A stretch of DNA of 63,676 bases, from positions 53,915,723 to 53,979,398 of the forward strand of contig NC_068992.1 of the NCBI RefSeq assembly GCF_001194135.2, in the 5' to 3' direction. Position numbers and translations under genes: made by a program. The number at the start of each line of letters is the position of its first letter. The first letter of the stretch is position 1. Of the stretch, positions 38,742 through 55,560 are shown piece after piece. Origin of the DNA: Octopus bimaculoides. Its lineage: Eukaryota. Under the pieces are notes generated by a model. The model was not told the DNA's origin. It searched no databases and saw nothing but the letters and a program-made list of their open reading frames with translations.

Positions 38742-39204
38742 CATATATATACATATATATATTAAAGACATAATCTATCCAGTGTCTTGTGCGACAATAA
38801 CAGTATATTTACAATATTCAGGAACAGTATTCTATTTGTTATATCTGCAAATATGAGAGCGTATTTAATATAAATCTACAGTGGCTATCAAAATCTACCA
38901 GAAATTAAATTAACTGTAAATAATTAACAATCTAAACCTACTAAATCGTGCCAACATATGGGTACGCACATATGGTGTGATGCACTCTAATTACATATTT
39001 ACAGATTCTGTGCAAATAAACTACTCTTTTCATGACATTTATTTTATAAAAATGTTTGTAGCGGAAAAATTTATAAAATAATCATTAATGCTACCAGAAA
39101 TTATCATGAAGTTAATGGGTTTATAATGATGTTGCTAAATCCCTAGAAACTAAATACTAATTACATAGATAAATCTACAGGAATTAATTGACTACAGGAT
39201 ACTC

Positions 39205-39380
39205 TTATATGGTCACTCAATCGACCTGATATAACAGCTAAATTTCCATCGTATCACATTCTGCAATCTTTAAAGAGGAAGAATACAATTGATAATGTAG
39301 TTTTAAATACACTATATTTGAATAAAATATGGAACGGGTGTTCCTAGAAGTTTCTTGATCATAGATCTACAAAGAAAGAT
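39205..39380 (+). mobile_element. Degenerate SINE family D
   Basis: atataacagctaaatttcc...tgataatgtagttttaaatacact...ttgatcatagatct. Confidence 0.55.
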
Positions 39381-41744
39381 TCAGATTTATCAGATCCACT
39401 ATCCAGCCTGAATTTGTTACTGTCTCTAACTTTATAAGCTTTTCACTTGTGTCTAGATGAAATATAGCTTTCTTAGAATCCTTCAAATTATCAGAGTGCA
39501 TTTGATCTTTTATTATGGTAGGATCATGAAAATCAATATAATTGATCTATTGTAAGATGCAGTCACCCAGCAGAGTCAACATGTCATCGATTCCGTTTGA
39601 TACGATTTAACATCTTGAGGCTACGAATGTTCAGAATTGACAACTATTGGTTGTGGCCGGTAAAACAAATATCTGTGAATTGTAGTGTATCTTGTAATCA
39701 GGAAAACTGTACTTTCAACATCTACAGGCTGTAAGCGGTCTAGAGATCGATAGATTGATCAAAGTATTGCCAAGCGTGCACAGATCCACAGACACGCATA
39801 CAACATACAAGCACACACTTACATATATAGGGACTACTCTAACTGGGGTCTATAGATCTTAAGGGTCTTGAATACATCTATACAAACACGTACATATATA
39901 TATATATTGCTACTACTGTTATTGAAGTCTATAGAGATTTTAAATTATGAATTTATACATGTGTATGTGTGAGTGTGAGGGTAGGGAGAGGGAGAGATAT
40001 TTGTTTATATATATAGAGAGACAGAGAATGAGAAAGAGACAGAGGGCAAAATGAGAGAGTGAAAAAGAACGGGAGAGAAAAAGAGAGTTTGTTTTCGTTT
40101 TACGAATTGTAGCATTATGGTAGCTGTTTTGATGTTATGATCTCTCTATTTGAAAACAAAAACTAATTAATTGACTTATTATATTTATTAACTATATTTT
40201 TATAAAGAAGTCTGGATTCTTTAATGTTTCTTTCGAGATGAAGAGAAAACCAAAGCTATTTAATACGATAAAGCACATAGAATATAGTCGTCTTCCTATT
40301 GTATTATCTTGTAAACTTGTAAACTTTAAATAATAACATCTTGGTTTCTTTTTTGATATTGTTTTCCAGTTTCATTTCTGATATGAAAACAAAACTACTT
40401 TTCCTCTAAGATATCTTTAATGAGAAATTGAATTTCTTTACCTTTTGTCTTTCAAGATACAAAGGTGAATGCATCATATCAACTTCCCAGTTTTTCAGAC
40501 AATTCACGTTACTATCATTCAACAATGAATGGCTTCTTAGATCTTAAACTGCAGATTATCTCTCATCATCCTCCTTCTCACTTACTCTTTCTCTCCGCCA
40601 CTCATCCCTTTATCATTTCTCTCCCTCCAACCCACCTCCCTATCTACAAGACATATTCACATATACAAATAAATGCACGTACACATATTTTAACCTTTAT
40701 CGAATGTAAATATCTAAACGATACAATCACATTTTCTTTATTAAAATTTCCTTTTCAAAAGAATAAAAACAATTCTTTTAATTTTTATACCATTTTATTC
40801 AAACGGTTTTATATTTTCGTCTCTTTGCGTCTCCATTTTTCTCTTAGTATTAAGCTTTTTATTATATTTTCATTTATTTATTTATTTATTTGACTGTTTC
40901 CTATTTAAAAATTTTTTAAAGCCGAAAATTAATTTCAGTCTTGATTAGCTGGTCAATTTAATTTTTCACGAAGAATAGAAATATGGAGGAATGAATAGTA
41001 AAACAGAAGTAAAGAAACAAAAATGCACAAAGAAAATACTAAGAATATTTAACAACAATATGACAGACTAGTGAAGAATTACATGAAATAATTAAAATAA
41101 ATATATAAATAATAAAGTGCTGATATTTTGAGTGCGGAGAAAATGAAATGAAGATTTCTGAAGAAATAATAATTCACTGTGTACATTTAATAGTCTTTTT
41201 ATTAAAACGAAAATTTCATCAATTTTTAGCCATTGCTGGCAACACTGGAAGCATCATTAAATATCTATAATCAAATTTATTAATGTTATTAAAACCTCCT
41301 GCTGGTTGGTTAGAGTTTGAAAATAGTCTAATGTACTTCCGTTCCGAATTACTGCCGAAGCAGATGTGTTTTAAACATATATTCTGCCAAGTTTAGACGT
41401 TGGAATCGTTATATATTTAGTCTGCTAAGAACGTATATTCAATTGAATTATCTATTCGTGTCTACAATAAGCAAAATCTAACAACGTTGTTTCTTATTGT
41501 TGTTGCTGTTGTTAGCTCTATTTATCCCCAGGATAATACTGATCAAGCAGACAAGTGCCATGTACTGTGTTAGTACTTGCGAAGAGTTGACATTATAAAA
41601 CTTTTTTAACTGCTTAGGCCATCAGCATTCTGCTCTTATTCAATGCAAATCTTTTATCAAATATTATATTTATTAGCAACAAGTTTCAGTGATTTAACAA
41701 TAAAAAATAGCTTAAATTTGGTAATGGATTGCATGCCGTAGTTA

Positions 41745-41772
41745 GATAGATAGATAGATAGATGGATGGATG

Positions 41773-41843
<71 letters not shown>

Positions 41844-41871
41844 GGACGGATGGATAGATAGNNNNNNNNNN

Positions 41872-41909
<38 letters not shown>

Positions 41910-41918
41910 GGATGGATG

Positions 41919-41960
<42 letters not shown>

Positions 41961-41967
41961 CAGACAT

Positions 41968-42012
<45 letters not shown>

Positions 42013-42017
42013 TAGAT
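41745..42017. repeat. (GATA/GATG/GACA)n with a 10-N gap
   Basis: Direct inspection. Confidence 0.97.
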
Positions 42018-43577
42018 AATGCTCAACATATTTTCTGTTTAGTTTGACTGAGGTAAAACAAATCTCGTTCTGATTTATCATTAATACATAACTTTTAAAT
42101 TCGGTATAGACAGAACTTAGCACTGAAGACTGACGTATGACATCTTCATTTTGAAACTACTCTGTATTTAACAGACGAATATTTTCAATCTTCATTATTC
42201 ATACAATAGAGTGAGGACAACGAACCGCTTAGTTAATCTTAAAGTGGTAGCCACATTACAAAGAGCAGTGCCTCGTTACAGAGATAGTTTATTATGTGAG
42301 ACCATTCAGAGGAATCAATGAGCCACGTACCTTTGAGACATGGACAGAGAATACGTTACATTCTATAACATGTACAACAAAAGAATTCCATTACGAAATA
42401 CACTGGTTGATGGGACGGTATATTCTATTTCTCAGAATTACTTGAGCATATTTAAAGGGCTGTTGCAGCGAGAGATGAAGGTTAAAAAAAAGGGTTAACC
42501 AGATTTAAGCACTCTAAGGTAATATTTACCTCCATTCAGTCCGGGAAGAAATATGATAAATTGATATTTTCCCTCTCTATTTCGTGCGTTGGTACTGACT
42601 TAACTCGTAGGAATGAAGCTGTTTGTGTGTGCGTAGATGTATGTACACACACACGCGCACACATTATATATATATTGGCTATTTTAATACGAATGTAAGT
42701 TGTGTATCACTAATTCCTCGAAAGCAATGTTAGAATATAATTGTTAATCATCGTTCAAAAATTTATTAATCATAAAACCACCATTCATAGGCTAGCAGCT
42801 TATATCTCTCGTAGATTACGTCTGATAATATAACGAATATTTATGTATTACTAAGTCCCAGTAACAGGCATGCCTTTAGCTGTATGGAAATATTTTTATG
42901 AAAATATTTACCAAACATGCAAAATAAAAAGAAAGAAAGAAAAAACTGAGTAATTATTTCTAATCGATAATTTTTCTTGCATTCTTAAACTTGATCTCTA
43001 ATTCCCAGCATTATTAATATCAATCCAAGTGTAAATATACCAGGGAAAATTTAGTGCTGATGTGCTTAAGTTGTACTCTTGTAAGTTGTTGGGAATTGTT
43101 TGGGATTATCATTACAAAATCAATCACAATGTGTTACAGCATTTGTTGTGACTCTTAAAATTCTCAGTTCAAATCTTGTTTAGGTCAAGTGTAGCTTTTC
43201 TCCTTCTAAGGTCAGTATACTATAGAAGCAGTAGAACACTGGGGGTTACCTTGCGCCATATTTGAGACACTGTGCTTTTTAAAAAAGACATCCGTTCAGT
43301 AAGAGGGTGTTCCCGTTGTAAATGTTGCCGTTGCTATTACTACTGCTGCTGATGATGAGTTAGAGGGCTACTAATTGGCAAACCACTGATCAAAGTTGTT
43401 CGTCTTGTAAGAGATCTCGAATTGCCTTATCTATGGTAGTAATGAGTGCCCTACAAATACAGAACACCAATAAAAAAAATCATAAAAGATCCTTCTGTCA
43501 TTTAATTTGAACGGATCACAACGAAGAGACTCCTTGGTTTCAATTCTTTCCAATATGTTTATTCTTGAATAAGATTA

Positions 43578-43605
43578 TTGCTAACGTTTCTGCCAGCTCG
43601 CCGCC
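43578..43605 (-). mobile_element. Isolated SINE family A head fragment
   Basis: tgctaacgtttctgccagctcgccgcc, near-consensus. Confidence 0.75.
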
Positions 43606-43839
43606 ATAGTTACAGAGATAATATGTACACACTAATAAGCACACATACGGTCCCACAGACGCACATACACACACACGCACATATATGTATGTATGTGTTC
43701 ACGTATATAAGTATGCATAAACCAAGTTACTTATTTTATGACATTAGAAGGCATTAAAGTAAACTAACGTAAGTTCATGTTCCTATATTTTATTTAATCA
43801 TGTACATACGTAAATACATACACTGGGATTCACACGACT

Positions 43840-44114
43840 ACGTATATATATATATATATATNNNNNNNNNNNNNNNNNNNNNNNNNNNNNNNNNNNNNNN
43901 NNNNNNNNNNNNNNNNNNNNNNNNNNNNNNNNNNNNNNNNNNNNNNNNNNNNNNNNNNNNNNNNNNNNNNNNNNNNNNNNNNNNNNNNNNNNNNNNNNNN
44001 NNNNNNNNNNNNNNNNNNNNNNNNNNNNNNNNNNNNNNNNNNNNNNNNNNNNNNNNNNNNNNNNNNNNNNNNNNNNNNNNNNNNNNNNNTATATATATAT
44101 ATATATATATATAT

Positions 44115-44176
<62 letters not shown>

Positions 44177-44243
44177 GTGTGTATTGATATATGCACATGT
44201 ATGTATTTCTGTAAATATATATACATATGTACAATATGTACAA

Positions 44244-44304
<61 letters not shown>

Positions 44305-44935
44305 AGTATATATAATGTATGGTATATACATGTGTCTCTATGTGTACCTCACGTGTGTGAATACCGAAATTTCGTTACCATTTATATATTTTTTTTTCAA
44401 TTTATGCAAAATGAAGAAATAATTCGATGAAGTATATCGATAGATCTGGACATTTTCCAATTTGAAATACAATTAGCTAAAGACAACAAGTAACAGTGTG
44501 TTGAATAGACATTTCCTTAATATGGATTGACAGTTTCTTGGAGAAAAAAATAGACAGACTTTAAAAACTGAAAATGGGGAGAAACCAATACACAACGAAA
44601 TAAATGAGTCAATGACAGAAAATCACAACGAACAAGAGGGTTACTTTTTCCCAACACACTTCCACTACTGCCGACACTTGTAAGCAGTAATTCACTTTAG
44701 TTTCAAGTCGCCTTGCAGAATCATGGTTATTTATTTTATGTTGGGTTATTTCAAGAAATTGCTTTCTATCGGATGTCCAAGCGATGAAATACGCTTACTT
44801 CAAAAATAGTTTAAGTTTTATAGGAAATTTGCGATGTAAAATGGAATTACCAAACATTCCAGCCGAACCTTATCATTTCAATTATTTTAACATTACAGAT
44901 AAAATTTACCAATTCAATTCATTGTCAGTACACAG

Positions 44936-44987
<52 letters not shown>

Positions 44988-45150
44988 GCATATATGCATA
45001 TATATATATATATATATGCATACATATATTATATGTACATATATATACGTACATTTATAAACCCGCACTCAGAAACAAACATACGGACATACACAAATAT
45101 ACACACACGGAAACATTATAGACACACAAACATACACACACACAGAGGAA
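43840..45150. repeat. TA/GATA/TG microsatellites around a gap (N 43862-44089) and a second TA/CA block (44938-45150)
   Basis: Direct inspection. Confidence 0.93.
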
Positions 45151-47397
45151 CATATTAGATTTAGTTTCTATTGTTACCAATTCCTGGCTATGTATTAAGC
45201 AATTTCTACTTTTCTTTTATTACATTATGTATTACTATTCTCATTTGATAAAATGTATTTAATGTGATATGATTCTTGAGTCAAAGTGAGCCACGTAAAC
45301 AATTATCAATAATATAATCACAATTTAAAAAGAAAGGAAACTAATTTCACGTTCAATAATGTTGTGAGACCCTATAGAATTCTTAGCGTATATATGTGAA
45401 CATAGTTCCATACACACGCACGAACACACACACAGACACATATATATATATATATATACGCATATGTGTGTATGTGTGTGTGTCTGTGTGTGCGTGTATT
45501 CATTGTAGAACCGAACAAGATGAATAATTGTGTAAATTTAGACGATTTTGTTTTGCGAGTTCTTCGGAGCCGCGAACAATTCTTTACAAATTCAGAATTT
45601 CAGACGTTCGTTCACCTTCTTTCTTGCCTGACTCCTTCCAATTACTTGTCATCTGTTTGCAGTATTCCATACAGATTTAGTAAAACAATTTCCTGAATTA
45701 CGTCCTGTTTACTACCAAAAACAACACAAACATGTTTTCTTTATAGATGTGAGTTTCTCTTATAGAAATCGTGTCTAAGAAAAAGTAATAAAGAAATAAG
45801 TTAGGGTTAAAAAAAATCAGCGATATGATGTTAGCTTCCTTTAAAAATTAATAATTTATTAATAATTGTATATCTGTACATCTTAATCAATTCCGTGTAC
45901 GAAAAGATTTATGGTGTCCTACTTCTAAAAAGTAATTTTCTGATTAAAAATTCTTAGAGGGAAGGAAAACTTATTCCTGGCAATCAATACTTTGCGATAT
46001 GGACTTGGCTGACATCAGATTAAATATAGCCAAAACCAAGCCTCCTCTCATGAGGTTATAAATGATCTATTGATATTCTGTACTTATTTACAGTTGGTGT
46101 AAGTTTGACAAGAAATATGGTGCAATAATTTATTAATGCACCATACGTCAAAATCAATTATATATATGAAAGAAAGTTTAGTCCAGCAGCACAGTTTTGT
46201 TGATGTTAAAACTCCAGGTTAAAAAGAAAGAGCGGGGAAACTCAGAAACTATATACACTTGGCAATAGAGAAGTTGTGATTCAGTCTTAGATTCTTCGGT
46301 GTGGATATATATATATATACATACATACGTATGTGTGTCTGTTTGTTTATGTGTCTGTGTGTGGCGTGTGTGTATTAAACTTTGTTTAACATTGGGTTGA
46401 AAACAAGCTATAGATACATATGAAACAAACTGCTGATATTAATCCTCCAGATTAAGTTCTATACAACATACGTGACAGTAATTATACAAGTCTGTACTTC
46501 AGTTACACATGCATAAATGCTATTGCCTATTAATCAAAAGTTTTGAACGGAGAGTAATTTTAAGCCATTATACATCTGTGGTCCATCTGAAATTTATTTG
46601 GGGAAATTTGTATAAAGAACTCGTATGAAAGAAAATCATGCATTAGATTTGGTTTAGATTCTCTTTAATTGCGAAGTCCATTTGATACTACTAGTCAATT
46701 ACAGTAGTAAACTCTTACAGATGCCATTGCAAACAATATAGAATAGGAGAAACATTTTTCCAACTTAAGTTTGAGGAGCCAGTTCATGTGTGATTGAAAC
46801 CTTTTCAATTCATTTAATATGATAATCGTTCTTCTGGTTGTTGTTGTTGTCAAGGACAACAGATTTTACAAACATGCGATAAAAGACGTTTCAGACGTAT
46901 GCACAACAATTTAAAGTGTGAACGTAAGGTTTCAAGTTAGAACATAGGTGATAAGATTAAGACTCATCCCAAAGACATACGCTGCGTAATTCAAGAAAGG
47001 CATTACAATAGAACCGAAGGGTCATGTGGAACAAAAAATTAAAATTTGAGTTAGTGATTAAAAAGCATTCCTGAAAAAGACTATTTGTGATTCAGTATTC
47101 TTCTAAATCAGATTAAGAAATGCATGTTTAGCAGCATTGTCATGCTATATAGAGAACACTTTAATATAGGTAAAAGTTGAATTATGGAGAAGCCAGAAAA
47201 TTTCCAGTGCGGAAGTATTAACTATCTGTAAAGAGGAGACCTTCATTTCTATTAATGTGTACAAGGGTCTGTCGTTTGTGTTAGCTCTTGTTGGAGCAAA
47301 TAAAAAAGATGATTGTAATTCGTTACATTATATGTGCGGGTGTGTATTTTTTGTGTGTGGTTGTATGTGTGAGTATGTGTTTATTTCTGTTTATTAA

Positions 47398-47513
47398 CGT
47401 ATATATGTATATATATATATATATATCATACATATATACACACACACACACACANNNNNNNNNNNNNNNNNNNNNNNNNNNNNNNNNNNNNNNNNNNNNN
47501 NNNNNNNNNNNNN

Positions 47514-47563
<50 letters not shown>

Positions 47564-47855
47564 GCACACACATACATACATACATATAGTAAATATAATA
47601 GTGTGTAACACATATTTCTATATAGACGTTGAAGTATGCCGAGCGAGTGGGTGGGAAATCTTTCCTCTTTATATGTTGCAAGCTATTTGGCGCGTATATC
47701 TCCAAGCGTAAACTCGCCTGAAGATTGCAACAGCATAAAATTCTAAAATATAAAGTAGAATATAACTGGGAATTGAGATCTTTTTCTCCTGCTTTTAGAA
47801 CAAAACAGACACTCACACAGATATATAAATACGTAAATATATATATATGTGTAAA

Positions 47856-47892
<37 letters not shown>

Positions 47893-47925
47893 TATACACG
47901 CATACATACACGCATACGTATACAC
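47398..47925. repeat. TA/CA microsatellites with a gap (N about 47455-47513)
   Basis: Direct inspection. Confidence 0.93.
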
Positions 47926-49589
47926 ATATGAACTAAATAGTTCCTGATATATTGGCACAAAAATATCAGTGTGTGCGTGTAACGACAGAGTTTAGGAACT
48001 GAAAATATATTTTATATGTAAATCTGCAGCGGTTGACATGTCAAGCAAACACATACATACACCCACTCACACACAAACATACACATTATTTATTTATTTG
48101 GTTATTTTATACTTACATTTAGTCATATAAGCGTGAGAATTTTTTTTTTCGTGTATATGTATGTGAACGCATGTATATAAACATTCATTGCTCTTTTACA
48201 TATACGTATGATATAATCTAACGTATTTTCTTCCCATACTTATGTCAGTTGTGTGTTAGTTGAACATCAATGATCAGATAATATAAATTGTTCCCAAAAT
48301 GGCTTCCACACTCTTTATTGTAGCAAGAGTAAAACAAACACTAAATGCAGCCATTGAAAAAGATTTATCTGCATTTAATAGGATTCTGTGCAGATTGTTT
48401 TGTATTTTATTTTATTTTATTGCACACTGCATGTATGGATAGAACGATCCTTCGTCTGGTTTTATGCTTCCGCAAACAAAATATAGAGAAATGTTAAGTA
48501 AAAAGATTTGCCTTTATGATAAGACGAGATAATCTCTTTTCATGTGGAAGTTTTATTTATTTTCTATTTTCGATATTGTTAATTGTTTTTTCTTTTCTTC
48601 TTAAGAATTTTAACCTCATCGATTGCTTCGAGGCATACAAAATGCATGGTTAAAATGACCTTTTCAAATATTCAGTGTTTCGTAATTCAAATCACATGAA
48701 TAGTTTGCTATAGTAATAAAGAAAAGATGACGATAAAATCTTTAGGTGAATGAGTATATAAAAATATTTGAGTAAAAAGGTCGAAGCTACTTAAAAATTC
48801 TAAAAGGAGAAAATCGTAGGAAAACTCCAGGCAAAATAATTACATCATTTTTAGGTAAACTATGAGAAGTATATTTGAAAATATAATGAAAAATGTCCAA
48901 CATTACGAGAAAGATGTAAGTTTTAAATCAAATATCATTTTATTTAATTCTCTAAATACATTTTTATTACTGTTTCTCTTTCGAGGTCCCGTGAAACAAA
49001 TATTAGATATAACACATATATTATTTTCTGCTACAAATGTTTCAAACGCTGCTTTTGGAGTTCAAAAACGCCACGTTCGACCTCACTTGTAACCTAAATG
49101 GGATTGTTAAAATATGCACTGATTCAACGCAGCCAGTTTTACATCTCCCGCTGCGTAAATTTGCCTTGTTAAAAGAAATCTATGTTATTTTCTTTTCATG
49201 AGCAACATTACCGGAAATCTTCGTCGTTGGACATAATAACTTATAATATGTACTTACTGTACATTGTGTTCTCTAGTTGAAATCTGGTTGGCGCCGAGCT
49301 GTATATCGTTTTTATTTTCGCTTCATTTTTCTGTACTTCATCATTTCAGATAAGTTAATTCAGTATACAAATGTATTTCTTTTCTATATATAACGTAGAT
49401 AAGATTCGGCTATTATTGGCTCAGGCCATATTTAAATTAGGAAAACCACCAGAAGATTTCCATCCAATCATGTCATGGGACACATAGGGCAATGAAGTGA
49501 TGAATCGTTGTTGACTGAAATGTATTTAGATATTGATGGTTTGTTCCGTAGATATTCATGGAATTTCTTTGAGTGCGAACAGATATCTC

Positions 49590-49836
49590 ATTTCTGTGTG
49601 TGTGTATACATACGTATATGTATACATGTATGCATGTATATAATATATATATAGATATAAGCACGTATGTATGTATATATATGTATGTATTTACGTATGT
49701 ATGTACAGATGTATGTATGTATATATGTATGTATGTATGGGTGTACGTGTGTCGCAATAAAACCAAAGATTTTCGCTATACAGATATTTAGTTCTCATTC
49801 ATTTGCTGCTCATTGCCATATATTTCATATTTGTTT

Positions 49837-49910
<74 letters not shown>

Positions 49911-49921
49911 ATAGTAGTAGT
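49590..49921. repeat. Degenerate (TATG)n and pure (TAG)n (49838-49921)
   Basis: Direct inspection. Confidence 0.95.
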
Positions 49922-50199
49922 AAAAAAACAATAGGGTCGTTATCAGCAGCCGAGAAATTTCGAAAAGAAAACAATAACAATAATTGTTAAAAGAAGAAAA
50001 AGATGCAACTAAGTGGCTCCAAAACATCAGCCTTGCATTTCTTCTTTTTCTCTGTATCTTATTTTTGTCATATATTTAATCGGGGTCAATGGATTTTCAA
50101 TAAATCTCAATATTTTCTTCCATTTTGCGTCTCAGATGATTGCAAGAAATTGTCAGAATATATTAAATGTATAGAAAATGAACGGTGCATTTGTGTTTT

Positions 50200-50568
50200 T
50201 GTATAAATAAACACACATATAAATCCACATATTTACATACATACATGAATATATATATNNNNNNNNNNNNNNNNNNNNNNNNNNNNNNNNNNNNNNNNNN
50301 NNNNNNNNNNNNNNNNNNNNNNNNNNNNNNNNNNNNNNNNNNNNNNNNNNNNNNNNNNNNNNNNNNNNNNNNNNNNNNNNNNNNNNNNNNNNNNNNNNNN
50401 NNNNNNNNNNNNNNNNNNNNNNNNNNNNNNNNNNNNNNNNNNNNNNNNNNNNNNNNNNNNNNNNNNNNNNNNNNNNNNNNNNNNNNNNNNNNNNNNNNNN
50501 NNNNNNNNNNNNNNNNNNNNNNNNNNNNNNNNNNNNNNNNNNNNNNNNNNNNNNNNNNNNNNNNNNNN

Positions 50569-50617
<49 letters not shown>
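50200..50617. other. Assembly gap (N 50259-50568) with TA flanks
   Basis: N run. Confidence 0.99.
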
Positions 50618-50618
<1 letters not shown>

Positions 50619-51084
50619 TCTCATAAAATTAATAATGCGTGTCTATCTGTCCGTGGGGGTGGCCGTGTAATTTTGAGTGTGTGTGAAAATTGGGAAAAAA
50701 CGAGAAATTCTGTGTAACGATGCATTATATTAAAGGTACAAATGTGTGGGGAATATTCAGCCATATACAGATTAATACAAAAAGTAGAAAGCTCATTTAG
50801 ACGAAATATTGGAATGCCGGTCGTAAAGAGAAAATACACAAACACACACTCACAAACACATGTATACATATGTATGTATGTGTATGTGTGTGTATGTATG
50901 TATCTGAGTATCTATGTAGGAACGTAGCCATACATCTTTCAGTTATTTACGCATTTAATCACCAAGAAACAGAATGAATGCTCTTCCCGTTTTCTCGTAG
51001 ACTCACAGAGCCGTTCCTTGGATTCGCTGACGCTTATGCTCCGCTACCTTGCACAGGGCACCGATACATCTCCAAAAATACCCA

Positions 51085-51215
51085 TTCTTGCAGATGAGTG
51101 GAATGAATTTTTTTTTTTTTCCAGAACACACGCATCTCCCGGTTCATGGATCGAAACCACAATCTTACGATCGTGAATCCAGCACTTCTAAACACAAAGC
51201 ACATAGCCAGGTGTC
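51085..51215 (-). mobile_element. SINE family C head fragment
   Basis: agaacacacgc..ccggttcatggatcgaaaccacaatcttacgatcgtgaatccagcac. Confidence 0.7.
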
Positions 51216-51297
51216 ACCACACATACAATCTTAGACATAACCATTAAAAACTCCGTATATATATTTATGTAGGCACAGGTGAATGCATGCATGCATG

Positions 51298-51348
<51 letters not shown>

Positions 51349-51749
51349 TCACACACAAGCACTCACAAACAAACAGACATATATCTATGCAAAATCTGCG
51401 TATATCTGCGTCAATGTATGTATTTTCATATGCGCGCATGTGTGTGTGTTTACATGTGCATGAAGGGGCAATATGTATGTACAAGGCAGATATAGTCTTT
51501 AAAGTATAAATATAACTTCCATATAATTCAGACTAATATTTGGGGAAAAGAGGATGGAGGGGTATATGAAAAGCAACTTGTGACTTCTATTGTCTCATTT
51601 TCTGATTTGGAATCCAATTGACTTAGTTTCCTGTCTGCTTGTTCGGAGAAAATATTTAGACCTATATTTGATGAATGGTAGTATCCCACTTCAATACCGA
51701 GCACACACTAACTGGATTATTAATAAATACTGCCAAAATAAGAAGACAA

Positions 51750-51801
<52 letters not shown>

Positions 51802-51839
51802 GTAGTAGTAGTAGTTATAGCTGCAGCAGCAGCAGCTAC

Positions 51840-51891
<52 letters not shown>

Positions 51892-52040
51892 AAACAAAAA
51901 TGATAGCGACAATAATAAGAAAAGTATAATAATATCAAATGACAAGAATAAAAAATACAACACAAACAACAACAAAAGTAATAAAAATGACGATGATGAT
52001 GATGATGATTATTATTATTATTATCATTATCATTATTATT
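51750..52040. repeat. (AAT)n(TAG)n(CAG)n(TAG)n and (GAT)/(ATT) compound triplet repeats
   Basis: Direct inspection. Confidence 0.96.
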
Positions 52041-52134
52041 ATGAGTAAAATGTCATTATTAAGTGAAGAAGAAAGAAAGAAAAAGATGAAACAATTACAA
52101 AAACGTCTCTGAAGAGCAACCACAAATGTGAATG

Positions 52135-52198
52135 TATGCATTTACATACATACATACATACATATGTGTATATATACATACATACATACATATATATG

Positions 52199-52281
<83 letters not shown>

Positions 52282-53050
52282 NNNNNNNNNNNNNNNNNNN
52301 NNNNNNNNNNNNNNNNNNNNNNNNNNNNNNNNNNNNNNNNNNNNNNNNNNNNNNNNNNNNNNNNNNNNNNNNNNNNNNNNNNNNNNNNNNNNNNNNNNNN
52401 NNNNNNNNNNNNNNNNNNNNNNNNNNNNNNNNNNNNNNNNNNNNNNNNNNNNNNNNNNNNNNNNNNNNNNNNNNNNNNNNNNNNNNNNNNNNNNNNNNNN
52501 NNNNNNNNNNNNNNNNNNNNNNNNNNNNNNNNNNNNNNNNNNNNNNNNNNNNNNNNNNNNNNNNNNNNNNNNNNNNNNNNNNNNNNNNNNNNNNNNNNNN
52601 NNNNNNNNNNNNNNNNNNNNNNNNNNNNNNNNNNNNNNNNNNNNNNNNNNNNNNNNNNNNNNNNNNNNNNNNNNNNNNNNNNNNNNNNNNNNNNNNNNNN
52701 NNNNNNNNNNNNNNNNNNNNNNNNNNNNNNNNNNNNNNNNNNNNNNNNNNNNNNNNNNNNNNNNNNNNNNNNNNNNNNNNNNNNNNNNNNNNNNNNNNNN
52801 NNNNNNNNNNNNNNNNNNNNNNNNNNNNNNNNNNNNNNNNNNNNNNNNNNNNNNNNNNNNNNNNNNNNNNNNNNNNNNNNNNNNNNNNNNNNNNNNNNNN
52901 NNNNNNNNNNNNNNNNNNNNNNNNNNNNNNNNNNNNNNNNNNNNNNNNNNNNNNNNNNNNNNNNNNNNNNNNNNNNNNNNNNNNNNNNNNNNNNNNNNNN
53001 NNNNNNNNNNNNNNNNNNNNNNNNATATATATATATATATATATACATAC
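52135..53050. other. Assembly gap (N 52282-53024) with TA/TG flanks
   Basis: N run. Confidence 0.99.
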
Positions 53051-53599
53051 ATATTTGTCTGTGTAGGTTCGCATGTGTTTGTATGTGTACACATAGTCGT
53101 GAACCTGCATTTTCTCCGGTGTTTTTTAACTATCAATATGTCTGCTTTGTAGGACTTGTATTTACATTTTTGCATCGATATTATCATTTTATATAGGAAT
53201 CTCCACAAATAGCAAAAGATGTAATGGGTTAAGAGATAAACAAATTTGCTTTGGCACGCAGGTTAAATATATATGAGTGTTTGTATGTGTGCGAGTTTGT
53301 TTGTACGGGTATGAATGTGGCTATCATTCCGTATATGTGTTTATTTATATAGTGTGTACACACGGACAAAGAAATATATACACGTAGTCTGTTAATAAAT
53401 AAAAAAACCTGATCAAAGTGGAATTATATATGTGTAAATATAAATATAGTCCGGACACGAGACCATGTTTCTTATAATCTTTATTTGGCCCAACAAACCA
53501 CCCAACTATCTGCGTCATCACCAAAAGCAGACTAACGGAAAAACGAAATTATTCATAGTACTTAAATTGGCGACAGTCTAGTCATGTGATATTAAAATT

Positions 53600-54060
53600 T
53601 GTTTAATATACCTTTAACTTTTGACGCATCCATGTACAGTGGTACTAAAATCACCAGCGCATCATCCATAGCTAAATAAAACCTTCGTAAACACACACAA
53701 ACTTACATCAACCTTAATTTATTTAACAGCAAATTCCTTTAAAGACAGATTTACTCAACACATTAGCTCATTCAGGAAGCTAAATAGGAAGAAAAAGCCA
53801 CAACTCCCTTATCGTTACATATTTAGCTCCTGTAGAATTTTAAGATAACTATAATATTGAATGGAATGCCAGACCATCAACTAAAGTATACCTATGAGAT
53901 TAACTTCTCTAAACTTAATCTAAATGACAAACATACCGGACTTTACTTTTCCTTGCGAAAAAGCATGCTCTGGTACCTGAAATATGTTAAACGCATCATA
54001 TTCTATAACCAATAAGCTTTTCCCAGCATCTATAGACCCCTCAAAATTTACAATCAGATA
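53600..54060 (+). mobile_element. Penelope-like element GIY-YIG endonuclease relic
   Basis: QTYI (about 53696), FKDRFTQHISSF (53738 on), TPLSLHI, YNIEW: the YIG..FK.RF..H..SF..T.LS.HIW..I.W pattern, with frameshifts. Confidence 0.6.
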
Positions 54061-54164
54061 TCACCATACTATCACCAATGGCCTAGCAGCCCCTCTTAAT
54101 TATATCTCTACATAAATGTAAATGCGTGTTTTCATATTTTTTTAATATATGCTTATATATTTAC

Positions 54165-55560
<1,396 letters not shown>

